The position numbers and the translations under genes are program-made. A stretch of 64,000 bases of DNA from Patescibacteria group bacterium (GTDB lineage: Bacteria > Patescibacteriota > Microgenomatia > UBA1400 > PJMF01). Below, in pieces: positions 37,680 through 47,036 of the stretch. Location of the stretch: NCBI GenBank assembly GCA_045541795.1, contig JAZQJV010000019.1:7270-71269 (forward strand). The letters are read 5' to 3'. Under the pieces are notes generated by a model that did not search any database, was not told the DNA's origin, and worked only from the letters and a program-made list of their open reading frames with translations. Within the stretch, counting starts at the first letter, position 1, and every line of letters starts with the position of its first letter.

Positions 37680-38765
37680 TTACACTGCTTGATGCGGATA
37701 TTCGAGCTGAATGAGCGGAATGTGATATTTACTCATTACTCTCATGATGGTGAGATAGACTTGATGGCGTGTTTCTAGGTGCTCATAAAAGTTCTTATGC
37801 CCAGGTAAATATGCAAATCGATAAATAATTTTGAACTCAAGCCCGTAGTCTGAAAGACTGCTGACGACGACAGTATTGAGGGTGACACGTTCGTCAAAAG
37901 GAGCCTTTGAAAGTTGCTCGCGGATGTCGGCGACGGCTCTTTCTACCAGATCGGCGGTGACGACTTTGGTTTTGAAGGTGAAACTAATGCGCCGTTTTTG
38001 GAAGCGGTTGTAATTTTGGATGACAAGCGAAGCTAGGGTGGCGTTGGGGACGATCATTTCGTTGCCTAAAAGAGCTTTGAGCCTGGTGGTACGCAAACGG
38101 ATTTCCTTGATGTTTCCTTCAAAATTGTCAAAACTGACATAGTCCCCCACACTAAAGGAGCGGTCAACATAGACCGTAAAAAAGGCGAAAATATCTTTGA
38201 GTACGCTTTGGAAAGAAAAGGCGATTACTACCGAGGCAATGCCGAGACCGCTTAAAAGTCCCTGTATATCCACTTTAATGGCGAGCAGGAAAATAATAAT
38301 CGTGATGAGCCAAAGGATCAGGGTGGAAAAGACGCTGGTGAAATTGACGACGGTGTTGAGGGCTTCGGGAGAGACATTACCGCGCCGGCCGAGATAGACT
38401 TTGACGCTATTGATGACGATGGTGCGGATGAGGTCAATGACAAAAATAGTGGTGACTACGATAAAAGCGACGGTGAAAAAAACTTTGATCCAGCGCGGCA
38501 TTGGCAGGACAAGAATAGCCGCATAGATTGCGTTAAAAATGATGAACTGAGGGCGGATTTTGGTAATGATATCTAGCCAATGGTCGTGGTTTTCGTCGCT
38601 GGAATAGCGGCTGAGTAAGGTGAGGATGAAACGCAGCAGTGAGCGCCAAAAGAAAAGTTGCGAGGAGACGGCAAGGAAAATCAGAAGACCTAGTAACCAG
38701 AGCTCATGGTCATCGAAACCGTAGGCGGTCAAGAAGTTAGCGATGTTGCTGACGAATTGGTACAT
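37680..38765 (-). CDS. Small-conductance mechanosensitive channel (MscS family)
   Basis: TM3 and beta-domain signature GLGIASVVIAFSFQSVLKDIF...GDYV..GNIKEIRLRTTRL. Confidence 0.8.
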   Translation of the reverse strand: MYQFVSNIANFLTAYGFDDHELWLLGLLIFLAVSSQLFFWRSLLRFILTLLSRYSSDENHDHWLDIITKIRPQFIIFNAIYAAILVLPMPRWIKVFFTVAFIVVTTIFVIDLIRTIVINSVKVYLGRRGNVSPEALNTVVNFTSVFSTLILWLITIIIFLLAIKVDIQGLLSGLGIASVVIAFSFQSVLKDIFAFFTVYVDRSFSVGDYVSFDNFEGNIKEIRLRTTRLKALLGNEMIVPNATLASLVIQNYNRFQKRRISFTFKTKVVTADLVERAVADIREQLSKAPFDERVTLNTVVVSSLSDYGLEFKIIYRFAYLPGHKNFYEHLETRHQVYLTIMRVMSKYHIPLIQLEYPHQAV

Positions 38766-38802
38766 GAATCCATTATAGCGCAGGCTTTAGGATTTGTCAA
38801 AA

Positions 38803-39441
38803 TCACCATTTGGAAAGCATGGCCCGAGGAGTTTTGAAGAGAATTACTATGTCTTGCCAGATAGACTGCTGGCGAGCGTATTGGGCGTCAAGCTGGGCTC
38901 TTTTGGCGAAGGGGATTTCATTGCGTCCGCTAACCTGCCAGGGGCCGGTGATACCTGGCTTGACAGAAATGATGTCTTTGATGTATTTTCGGGTTTGCGG
39001 GTAGCGAGCCGTTTGCTCCTCGAGTTCTTCGCGCAAATATGCCCGTGGGCCAACCATACTCATTTCTCCCCGCAGTACATTCCATAATTGCGGGAATTCG
39101 TCGATGGTGAATGAACGCAAGAATTTGCCGAGCTTGGTAATGCGCGGATCTTCGCTGGCTTTGATTTTCCAGTCGCCTTTTTTGAATTTTTTGAGGAGGA
39201 CGTCGTCATTTTCGTGTAAAATTTTGTCAGCGTCTTTGACCATGGAACGGAATTTCCACAAATAAAATTCTTCGCCGCCCAAGCCGACACGTTTGTGTTT
39301 GAAGAAAATTGGTCGGCCGGATTCCAGATAGATCGCAATGGGGACGATGATCCAGGCAGGGATGAATAAAATCATCAAGATGATGGAAACACCAATGTCC
39401 ATGATGCGTTTGGCGAGGTCATAAAATTGTTTTTTTGTCAT
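38803..39441 (-). CDS. Polyprenyl-phosphate sugar phosphotransferase (WbaP/WcaJ-type bacterial sugar transferase)
   Basis: PF02397 signature KFRSM...DEFPQLWNVLRGEMSMVGPR. Confidence 0.85.
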   Translation of the reverse strand: MTKKQFYDLAKRIMDIGVSIILMILFIPAWIIVPIAIYLESGRPIFFKHKRVGLGGEEFYLWKFRSMVKDADKILHENDDVLLKKFKKGDWKIKASEDPRITKLGKFLRSFTIDEFPQLWNVLRGEMSMVGPRAYLREELEEQTARYPQTRKYIKDIISVKPGITGPWQVSGRNEIPFAKRAQLDAQYARQQSIWQDIVILFKTPRAMLSKW

Positions 39442-39446
39442 AATGC

Positions 39447-40568
39447 TTATAAATACTGTGTTTTTTTGGCTTTTTTGAGCGCCTCCACGATCTTTTTGAC
39501 GTCTTGACTTTTATTTTTATCACACACGAGCAAAATTTCTGGCGTGTCTACAATCACTAAGTCTTCTACTCCCACCAAGGCAACGAGACGCTTATCACTG
39601 CTGGCGACGAGATTGGCGCGGGCATCATGAGCGATGACTTCGGCTAAAGGATTTTGCTTGGTGTAGACGTTGTCATGTTGGTCTTTGCTTCCGAGATCAT
39701 AGGCGACGTGCCAGTCGCCCACATCAGACCACGAGAAATTGCCGGGAATGAGCAAAAGGTTGTCCGCTTTTTCGCTGATGGCGTAGTCAATGGAAATAGC
39801 AGGGCTGGCAGCATAAACTGCTGGCAAAAGGTCGGGAAATTGCTCTGGTGAGGCCTGCAGAAGCGGTTCGGCTGCCTGGTAAATTTTGGGGGCGTATTTG
39901 CGGAAGGCGTCAGCTAAAGCTTGTGCCGACCAGACGTACATATTGGCATTCCAAAAATAGCGACCGGTGGCGATAAATGCGGTAGCTGTCGCCAGGTTGG
40001 GTTTTTCGGTGAAACTCTCGACGCTAAAAACGGGTAATTTTTTGTCGGTGTCTATTTGTTCGCCGACTTTGATGTAACCAAAACCGGTCTCCGGACGGCG
40101 TGGGGCGATGCCGACAGTGAGGAGATTTTTGTGGCTGGCGGCAATGGTGGCGGCTTTGGCCATGGTACGGTCAAATTCTTGTAAATCCGTAGCCGGGACA
40201 AAGTGGTCTGAAGCCGAGTTGATGACGACGGCTTGCTGATCGCGGGCACGGGCAAAAAGAGCGCCCACGAGCATTGCTAAAGCAGTGTCACGTTTTTCTG
40301 GCTCAAGGATAATATTTTCGCGGGCAAGCTGGGGCAACTGCTCACGGACGGCATCTTGGTGGGCAGCGTTGGTGATGACAATGATATGATCCCAGTCGGC
40401 GAGCGTGAGGGCGCGGTCTGCCGTAAGTTGGAGCATTGTTTTATCGCCGATGATCTGGAGGAATTGTTTGGGGGTATTGCCACGTGAACGTGGCCAGAGC
40501 CTCGTGCCTGAGCCGCCGGCTAAGATGACTACGTATTGATGAGTCCGGTTAGAATCTTTCGTTTTCAT
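39447..40568 (-). CDS. Mannose-1-phosphate guanylyltransferase (nucleotidyltransferase, no PMI domain)
   Basis: VVILAGGSGTRLWPRSR...PKQF, plus a left-handed beta-helix C-terminal region. Confidence 0.65.
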   Translation of the reverse strand: MKTKDSNRTHQYVVILAGGSGTRLWPRSRGNTPKQFLQIIGDKTMLQLTADRALTLADWDHIIVITNAAHQDAVREQLPQLARENIILEPEKRDTALAMLVGALFARARDQQAVVINSASDHFVPATDLQEFDRTMAKAATIAASHKNLLTVGIAPRRPETGFGYIKVGEQIDTDKKLPVFSVESFTEKPNLATATAFIATGRYFWNANMYVWSAQALADAFRKYAPKIYQAAEPLLQASPEQFPDLLPAVYAASPAISIDYAISEKADNLLLIPGNFSWSDVGDWHVAYDLGSKDQHDNVYTKQNPLAEVIAHDARANLVASSDKRLVALVGVEDLVIVDTPEILLVCDKNKSQDVKKIVEALKKAKKTQYL

Positions 40569-41667
40569 AAATTGCTACTTTCTCACGCCAGAGGCGCTTA
40601 AAACTATTTACATCATGATTTTGACTGGTGACGATGATTTTGGGGGCTTGCCAGAGACGTTTGATGGCACGCTCGAGGCTGGTCTGGATATTTTCTGGGT
40701 CAAGATCAATGGCTTGATCAGCGTTTAAAAGTTCGCGGGCACCAGATTGAGGATGAGTGACGACGATTGTACCGGCTGCATTGGCTTCTAAAAGATTGAT
40801 GCCAAAATCTTCAAGCCCGGGGGCAAGTAAAGCGGTAGCCTGACGGTAGCAGGCAGTCAGGAAAGCAGGCGTGACGTTTTGGTATAAGTGGATGTGTGAC
40901 CATTGCCGGCGGCTGATGAGCCGCCTTATAGAACGCAGCTGAGGGCCATTGCCGATCACTAGCAAAGGATAGCCGAGACGCCCGCAGATTTCGACTACCA
41001 AATCAATGTGTTTGTAAGCGGTCAGCCGTGCGACGCAGAGGAAAAAATGAGGCGGTAATGAAGTAGATAAATTATGATCAATTTCTTGATTTTTGATTGA
41101 TTTATCAATAATTGTAGGATGGATAATATCGTCAATTTCGCGCTCGTAAAACTTGTGCGCTCGCTGACCTACTAGCTGTGAGATGGCAATTATTTTATCG
41201 GGACGTCTGGCTGCTTGGTAGTCCCAATGGCGAAGATAGGTGCTCATCCCTGAAGTAAGGCGATCTTGGTGATGGATGTAATCATCTTGGTGAGAATATA
41301 AAAATCTGGTGGGCGTGAGTAAATAGCAGATATGTAGTTGTCCGGGTTTGGTGATGACGGCTTTGCTGGCAAAACTGGAGACGGAAATAATGGTATTAAA
41401 TCCTGATAGATCAATGTTTTCAAAGGCAATAGGCAGGAGCGGGGCGAGGAACTTTTTGTGGTGGCGCCAAAATGCTGGGAGGCGTTGGATGAACGTAGTC
41501 TGCACAGCTGGGAACTGTTGCACCCAGGTGGCTGTTTTTTCGGTGAAGCTAGTATATAATGGAGCGTCTGGATAGAGCTCGTGGAGTGCCGTGAGGACTT
41601 TTTCGGCCCCGCCGTGACGCGTGTCTGCCCAGTCATAGACGATAGCGCGTTTTGTCACCGGCATCAT
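40549..41667 (-). CDS. Glycosyltransferase family 4
   Basis: GT-B C-terminal E..E.FG region (APGLEDFGINLLEANAAGTIVV). Confidence 0.7.
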   Translation of the reverse strand: MMPVTKRAIVYDWADTRHGGAEKVLTALHELYPDAPLYTSFTEKTATWVQQFPAVQTTFIQRLPAFWRHHKKFLAPLLPIAFENIDLSGFNTIISVSSFASKAVITKPGQLHICYLLTPTRFLYSHQDDYIHHQDRLTSGMSTYLRHWDYQAARRPDKIIAISQLVGQRAHKFYEREIDDIIHPTIIDKSIKNQEIDHNLSTSLPPHFFLCVARLTAYKHIDLVVEICGRLGYPLLVIGNGPQLRSIRRLISRRQWSHIHLYQNVTPAFLTACYRQATALLAPGLEDFGINLLEANAAGTIVVTHPQSGARELLNADQAIDLDPENIQTSLERAIKRLWQAPKIIVTSQNHDVNSFKRLWREKVAIYENERF

Positions 41668-42866
41668 TTTCTTTCTGGTAATGGCTGGGCGGATGCTGGC
41701 GTAATGCCAGCCGTGAGGTTTTCGTAAATTTTGATCGTCTGGAGTGTCATCTGATCCCAGTTGTAACGTTGGGAAAAGTCGTAAGCGGCTTGCAGATAGT
41801 TTGTCTGGCGATACTGGGAAAGGCTTAAAAGTAATTGGAGGAAGGCAGTGACATCGTGCGGATCAAACGGGACAAAATGTTCACCGTAAATTTCGCGGAA
41901 AACCGGAATATCTGAGGCCAACACCAAACAGCCGCAACGCATCGCTTCGACGCCTGTGAGGCCGAAGCCTTCAGAAAGAGAAGGCTGGACTAAGGCGATG
42001 GCATGCTCGTACAGGTAACGCAGCTGACAGTCATTGATACCGCTTAAAAAGGTAATTTGCGATTCAAGACGATGTTGACGGATTGCAGCTTGCGTCTTTT
42101 CCCAGAAGGCGTCGCGGGCAGACACGATGATAAGCTTGAGGTCGCGGTTTTGGGTGAGTGCCTGCAAGAGTAAAGAAACATTTTTGTGAGGATAGAGGGA
42201 GCCGACGTAGAGTAGGTATTGACCAGGGATTTTGGTAGTAAACGGTGGACATTCACCGCTGCCGAGCTCATTGGCACCGTTGTAAATGACGTGGGTTTTA
42301 TTTTTGGCCTGGGGATAATAACGGGAGACAGTGTCACTGACGGTTTGTGATGGGGTGATGATGGCGTGAGCAGCTTTGGCGGCGTGAGCAGTGATGAGTT
42401 GATAACCTTGATATTTGAAATAGTACTTCCAGGCTGGAAGCGTGGTAACGCCGGTCCCTTTGTTTTCGTGCCAGAGTAGATCGTGGATAGTGACGACAAT
42501 GCGGGGCGCTTTGGCTAGGTATGGGAGGTTGAAGTGAGGGACGTGTAGGAGGTCAAGGTGGGCAGCAGTGAAGATTTTGGGCAGATCTTTTTGTTCGGCA
42601 AAGGTGTAGTGCTTGATGGAGGCTTCCTGTACCTGGATACGAGAGAGGTAAGCCCCGGCATTGGTCTGCGGGGGTAAATGAAGATCACTCAGGTGAGCGA
42701 TTAGCTCGCTCCATTGAGTTTTATCGGCAAAAAAATAGACAAATTGGAAATTTTCTGGGGCGTAGAAAGGCAGGCGGAGACACAAATTGAGGATATGGCG
42801 ACCCAGGCCCGCATTATGTAATCCGCTCAGGCGGGCGTCGATGCCGATGGTAATTTTATTTGTCAT
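41664..42866 (-). CDS. Glycosyltransferase family 4
   Basis: LVQPSLSEGFGLTGVEAMRCGCLVLAS. Leaderless start after a minus-strand TAGTATAAT. Confidence 0.8.
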   Translation of the reverse strand: MTNKITIGIDARLSGLHNAGLGRHILNLCLRLPFYAPENFQFVYFFADKTQWSELIAHLSDLHLPPQTNAGAYLSRIQVQEASIKHYTFAEQKDLPKIFTAAHLDLLHVPHFNLPYLAKAPRIVVTIHDLLWHENKGTGVTTLPAWKYYFKYQGYQLITAHAAKAAHAIITPSQTVSDTVSRYYPQAKNKTHVIYNGANELGSGECPPFTTKIPGQYLLYVGSLYPHKNVSLLLQALTQNRDLKLIIVSARDAFWEKTQAAIRQHRLESQITFLSGINDCQLRYLYEHAIALVQPSLSEGFGLTGVEAMRCGCLVLASDIPVFREIYGEHFVPFDPHDVTAFLQLLLSLSQYRQTNYLQAAYDFSQRYNWDQMTLQTIKIYENLTAGITPASAQPLPERK

Positions 42867-42949
42867 GAGCCTATTATACTACAAAAAAGTGCAAATTGAG
42901 GTGGAAATTGCGTGTCAAAAATGAGATTTTTGTGGTATAATGAACTCAT

Positions 42950-43023
42950 GTCGCGGTACCAGAGTGGTCCAATGGCCGGGTCTGCAAAACCTTGGTTCGC
43001 GGGTTCGAATCCCGCCCGTGACT
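42950..43023 (+). tRNA. tRNA-Cys (anticodon GCA), no encoded CCA
   Basis: Acceptor GTCGCGG/CCGTGAC with one G-U pair. Anticodon loop CTGCAAA. T-arm GCGGG-TTCGAAT-CCCGC. Discriminator U. TGGTATAAT lies 8 nt upstream. Confidence 0.6.
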
Positions 43024-43069
43024 CATTTTTTTGGCTGGTGACGGATTAAAACTTAGTCAGGAAAGACAA

Positions 43070-43106
43070 TACACCCCGCGAAGCGGGGTGTATTTAGTTT
43101 TTTATT
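43070..43106 (+). terminator. Intrinsic terminator (bidirectional-capable) after tRNA-Cys
   Basis: CACCCCGC-GAAG-CGGGGTG followed by TATTTAGTTTTTTATT. Confidence 0.65.
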
Positions 43107-43121
43107 AAGTGTTGAGCTTGC

Positions 43122-43778
43122 TTACTCGATCGACACACTGGTGCTGGCTTCATCGCCAAATACCGCCTCGATGTCTGCTGAGGTGAGATCGATGTTTTCT
43201 GGCGTGTCGATATAAGTGACGGCATTTACTTGCACGTCTGCGGGGATCACCTCGCTAGTACAGTTAGCCTCAAATTCCCACACGTCACCCGCAGCAAACT
43301 TGTCTGGCTTGACGGCGGTACAGGCGCCATCGCCGATGACCTCGCCGTTTTCATCCAGAGCGTCAAAGCCGACGATTGCCGTCATGACATCTTTGCCGGT
43401 CTCATTGATGATTGTGCCGGTGACTTTTGCTGGGCTAGTGCTGATATCCAGGGTGTAGGACGCCACACGGATACCGTCGTCATTGAGGTGCTTGCCTAGC
43501 TCAGCGACGCCGCCAGTGCCGATCAGGGTGGCGATACTGAGGATGCCAACATTAACGATGAAAGTGATCACAAAAGACAAAATGGATAAAATCAAACCGG
43601 CGATCGCCATGCCGCCTTGTTTTTTGGCGATGCCGACAATACCCATGATCAAAGCGACCAAGGCGATGATGCCGGCTAAAATATTGAGCAGGGGGATGAA
43701 TGAACCCACCAGAGCAATAATACCCAAAACGAGTGAGGCAATTGCTAGGCCTTTAGATGAGTCAGTTGTCGTAGACAT
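43122..43778 (-). CDS. DUF4190-type membrane protein with extracytoplasmic C-terminal domain
   Basis: N-terminal GLAIASLVLGIIALVGSFIPLLNI (DUF4190-like) and further TM helices, then a ~110-aa soluble domain. Confidence 0.5.
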   Translation of the reverse strand: MSTTTDSSKGLAIASLVLGIIALVGSFIPLLNILAGIIALVALIMGIVGIAKKQGGMAIAGLILSILSFVITFIVNVGILSIATLIGTGGVAELGKHLNDDGIRVASYTLDISTSPAKVTGTIINETGKDVMTAIVGFDALDENGEVIGDGACTAVKPDKFAAGDVWEFEANCTSEVIPADVQVNAVTYIDTPENIDLTSADIEAVFGDEASTSVSIE

Positions 43779-43807
43779 ATTTCCTTTCTGGATGTCTTAC
43801 TTTTCAT

Positions 43808-43892
43808 TGGTGCCGAAGACAGGACTCGAACCTGCACGCCGTGAAAGCACACGGTTCTAAGCCGTGCTTGTCTACCATTCCAACACTTCGGC
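43808..43892 (-). tRNA. tRNA-Leu (anticodon UAG), CCA encoded
   Basis: Reverse complement reads GCCGAAG...CACGG-CTTAGAA-CCGTG, a long variable arm, ...CTTCGGC-A-CCA. Minus-strand TGGTATAAT lies upstream. Confidence 0.85.
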
Positions 43893-43940
43893 TCCCGCTG
43901 TATTATACCATGGTTTTAGTCAATTACGGCGTCGATTTCA

Positions 43941-44423
43941 TTATTTTATGACGAGTTGATACAGACTGCGTTTGATATGATCCGCTTTAAAATCTGTGGA
44001 TTCATCAATCTTTTCCCAACCAAACTTTTCATATAAGCCGGTATGGCGAGTATGTAGATATAGCGTGCTGATACCTTTGGTGCGTGCGTGCCCGGGCACT
44101 GATTGCATGAGAGTGCGGAAATATCCCTGGCCACGGTGCTCAGGTAGGATGTAAGCAAAACCAAACCACGGTCCGAGGTCGGGCCTGGTAAACAGATCAT
44201 TGGGTACGACTTGATAAAAGCCGATAAGCTGGCTGCCTTTTTCGAGTAAAAATGTATACGGTACACGCTTGGCGCAGATACTATGGCGCATATAAAGCTC
44301 CACCTGTTCGCGTCCGAGGCCAAATTCTTCTCCCCACCAGCTGTACTGATGAGTGACAACTTGAGGAAATTCAGGATCGCTACTACTTGTGAGTTGGCGA
44401 AAAGTTAATGTATCTTTGTCCAT
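43941..44423 (-). CDS. GNAT family N-acetyltransferase
   Basis: About 160 aa with an acetyl-CoA binding-like region (ILPEHRGQGYFRTLM). Confidence 0.55.
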   Translation of the reverse strand: MDKDTLTFRQLTSSSDPEFPQVVTHQYSWWGEEFGLGREQVELYMRHSICAKRVPYTFLLEKGSQLIGFYQVVPNDLFTRPDLGPWFGFAYILPEHRGQGYFRTLMQSVPGHARTKGISTLYLHTRHTGLYEKFGWEKIDESTDFKADHIKRSLYQLVIK

Positions 44424-44434
44424 GATGAGCTTTC

Positions 44435-45019
44435 TTAAAATAATGTCGCCTGAGTACCGGCTGAATGTTTGGGCTTGAAACTAAAATCTACAGGACAGGA
44501 GACTAACCGATTCCATTTATTATAGAACTTGACCTCGCCGTGATTACGGCCGTAGTCATAAAGCTCACGGGTGAGTTTGACGTCTTGATTACAATAGGAT
44601 GCCAGTTCCTCAAAACGTTTTTCTCGGTAGTAACGGATGGCATCCAGGCCGTCGCCAGTTTTGTGATCATTAAATGTCCCGCTGGCGCAGGCATCCAGAC
44701 TGATGCGGTGGCCGGAAGATTTTTTGATTTGGACCATCAGATCGAGGGTGGGAAATTTGGAGACGTCACCAGAGTAGTAATTGGTAAAAGTAGGCATATC
44801 AAAATTGTCAATATTAAAACCCACCAACACGTCTGCTTGCTCGAGGATGGGGAAAAGCTTGGGTAAATCAGGCTCAAAAAAGCCCATCATCTCCCCTTCT
44901 CCCTCAAAACCGTCACGTACACACACACCCACGTAAGAAATGCCGAGCTGCTCGGGGAAAAATCCGCCCACATCATCAAAAGCTTTTTGTGTTTCTACGT
45001 CCAATATTACTTGTATCAT
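44435..45019 (-). CDS. DnaQ-like 3'-5' exonuclease / RNase H-like superfamily protein
   Basis: ILDVETQ (Exo I), GFNIDNFDMP (Exo II), YCNQDVKLTRELY (Exo III, DEDDy-type). Confidence 0.5.
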   Translation of the reverse strand: MIQVILDVETQKAFDDVGGFFPEQLGISYVGVCVRDGFEGEGEMMGFFEPDLPKLFPILEQADVLVGFNIDNFDMPTFTNYYSGDVSKFPTLDLMVQIKKSSGHRISLDACASGTFNDHKTGDGLDAIRYYREKRFEELASYCNQDVKLTRELYDYGRNHGEVKFYNKWNRLVSCPVDFSFKPKHSAGTQATLF

Positions 45020-45112
45020 TTTTCCTTCCTTTTTTTGACAAAACTCACCATATCACACGTGAGTAAAAAAATCAAGCTGCAAAAAACTGAAAGTTTGCGG
45101 TATAATATAGTC

Positions 45113-46825
45113 ATGTTTGGATGGCGAGGCTTGATCAGATTACCGAGTTATTTATTCTCTAATAAATGGCTGGCGTCGCAACAGCGCTCGATACTGTCGG
45201 CGGCGGCAGTGATCATGACCGCTAATGTTTTGGTTTCTTTTTCTGGACTAGCGCGTGACCGGTTTATGCTGGCCCTTTATGCTGGCGAGGAGACCTTGCT
45301 GCAGGCTTATGATGCCTTCCGGGTGGCCTTCCAGGTGCCGGATTTGATTTACCAATTGGTGATTGTGGGGGCTTTATCGGCTTCTTTTGTGCCGATGTTT
45401 ACTTACCTGAAAAAAAACAGCGAAAAGCAAGCCTTCCGGATGGTCAATGTCTCGATGAATTATCTGCTGGCATTTTTCATTGGTTTATCGCTTTTAATCA
45501 TCATTTTTGCGCCGCAGATCACTCACTGGCGTATCGGTGAGGCGTATACGAGTGAACAGATCACACTCGTGATCAATCTGACCCGTTTGATGATGGTGGG
45601 ACAGCTGTTTTTTGCGATTTCGAGTTTTTTTACCGGGATGCTGCAAAGTTATCAACGTTTTGTGATTCCGGCTTTGGTGCCGCTTTTTTATAATGGTGGG
45701 ATTGCGGCCGGCGCTTGGCTGTTGTTTCCCACTTTTGGCATTTACGGCGCCGGGATCGGCGTAGTATTTGGAGCATTTTTGCATATGAGCTTGCAGTATC
45801 CTTTTGTGAGGCGGCTTTCTTGGCGTTACCGCTGGGATTGGGACTGGAGCTGTCGTGGAGTGCGTCAGCTTTTTTCGATGATGCCCGCCAGGGCGCTGAC
45901 GCTAGGGATGAACGAAATCCAAAGTTTTGGCTTGTCTTACTTTATTACCTGCGTGGATCCTGTGGGTTACACGATGTTTCTTTTGGCGCGGACACTGGTT
46001 AATTTGCCAATTCGTTTTGTGGGCGTGCCGATCGGCCAGGCGTCGCTGCCGTTTTTGTCCAATCTTTCTGATGATGAGCGGCTAGACCGATTTAAAAAAG
46101 TGGTGGTACAGTCGCTCAACCAAATCGCTTATTTGGCATTTCCGATGGCCGTGATTTTGATCGTGCTGCGGATTCCTGTGGTGCGGTTGATTTTTGGGAC
46201 GAAAAATTTTGCCTGGGAACGGACGATTTTGGTGGGACGGATGGTGGCGATTATGGCTTTGTCTATCCCGGTGCAAGCGATGTTTCACCTTTTGGTACGC
46301 GCTTTTCACGCCCTTCGTGATACGCTCACACCGTTTGTGATTTCGCTTTTTGTGACGTGTGCATTTTTTATCGGTTGCGGCCTAAGTGTAAAAATGCCTT
46401 CTGATCAACTTTATGGCATTGCCTGGAGTATTTGCCTGACAATGTTTTTGGAAACGATTTTATTTGTGGTGCTTTTAAGTTTCAAGGTCAAAAAGCTGTT
46501 TAATTTTAACTTTTTGATCACTCAGGGTAAAATTATCCTGGCTAGCGCGATCATGGCCGTGGCCCTTTACATCCCGCTGAAATTACTTGATAATCTGGTT
46601 TTTAATACCCGCAAGGTGATCCCGCTTTTGATGCTGACTGGGATTGCGGGCGTGGTGGGTTTGAGTGTTTATATCGGGCTATCGAAACTTTTCCGGATCG
46701 AGGAGATGAAGATTTTGGTGCATATTTTTGAAAGTTTCCGCCGGCGACCGCGCAAGAGTGTCCAGCTGGCCTTGCCGCCTACGGAGATCGTGTCTGATCC
46801 GGTAGATAGTAATGATGTAGTGTAA
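45113..46825 (+). CDS. murJ: Lipid II flippase MurJ (MviN family)
   Basis: Polytopic. N-terminal LARDRF..ALYAGEETLLQAYDAFRVAFQVPDLIYQLVIVGALSASFVPMF matches the MurJ signature. ATG 6 nt after GGTATAAT. Confidence 0.75.
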   Translation: MFGWRGLIRLPSYLFSNKWLASQQRSILSAAAVIMTANVLVSFSGLARDRFMLALYAGEETLLQAYDAFRVAFQVPDLIYQLVIVGALSASFVPMFTYLKKNSEKQAFRMVNVSMNYLLAFFIGLSLLIIIFAPQITHWRIGEAYTSEQITLVINLTRLMMVGQLFFAISSFFTGMLQSYQRFVIPALVPLFYNGGIAAGAWLLFPTFGIYGAGIGVVFGAFLHMSLQYPFVRRLSWRYRWDWDWSCRGVRQLFSMMPARALTLGMNEIQSFGLSYFITCVDPVGYTMFLLARTLVNLPIRFVGVPIGQASLPFLSNLSDDERLDRFKKVVVQSLNQIAYLAFPMAVILIVLRIPVVRLIFGTKNFAWERTILVGRMVAIMALSIPVQAMFHLLVRAFHALRDTLTPFVISLFVTCAFFIGCGLSVKMPSDQLYGIAWSICLTMFLETILFVVLLSFKVKKLFNFNFLITQGKIILASAIMAVALYIPLKLLDNLVFNTRKVIPLLMLTGIAGVVGLSVYIGLSKLFRIEEMKILVHIFESFRRRPRKSVQLALPPTEIVSDPVDSNDVV

Positions 46826-46852
46826 TGTACAGTTTGTATACATTTTGTACTC

Positions 46853-46975
46853 AAAATGCCACACGCTACTGGGTGAATGCCACACAAAACAGGTAAAATG
46901 CCACACACTTTATGACATATTTACCAGGCGAAAAGTGAAAAGTAATGCCACACGTGTAGCATTTTGTGCCACACA
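46853..46975. repeat. Iteron-like direct repeat array: 5 copies of (A)ATGCCACAC, the first three at exact 21-bp spacing
   Basis: ATGCCACAC begins at 46856, 46877, 46898 and 46945, with a degenerate GCCACAC at about 46968. Sits in the convergent gap between murJ and the 47037 gene. Confidence 0.7.
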
Positions 46976-47036
46976 AATTCACGAATTTAATAATTTTTCT
47001 TGAAAAAAGTCAAGTGAAAAAATGCCGATGATGAAT

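Noticed and set aside
46669-46908. The ORF-track peptides MCGILPVLCGIHPVACGIL... and MWHFTCFVWHSP...
   Set aside because: They are direct translations of the ATGCCACAC tandem repeat on the minus strand. The periodic peptide sequence mirrors the DNA repeat and is not a gene.
46853-46975. CRISPR array or DnaA-box cluster (oriC) as the explanation for the ATGCCACAC repeats
   Set aside because: The repeat units are only about 10 bp with 11-37-bp irregular spacers, and no cas genes are present, so this is not CRISPR. The CCACA core matches only 5 of 9 positions of the DnaA box TTATCCACA and lacks the conserved T. No dnaA or dnaN is nearby.
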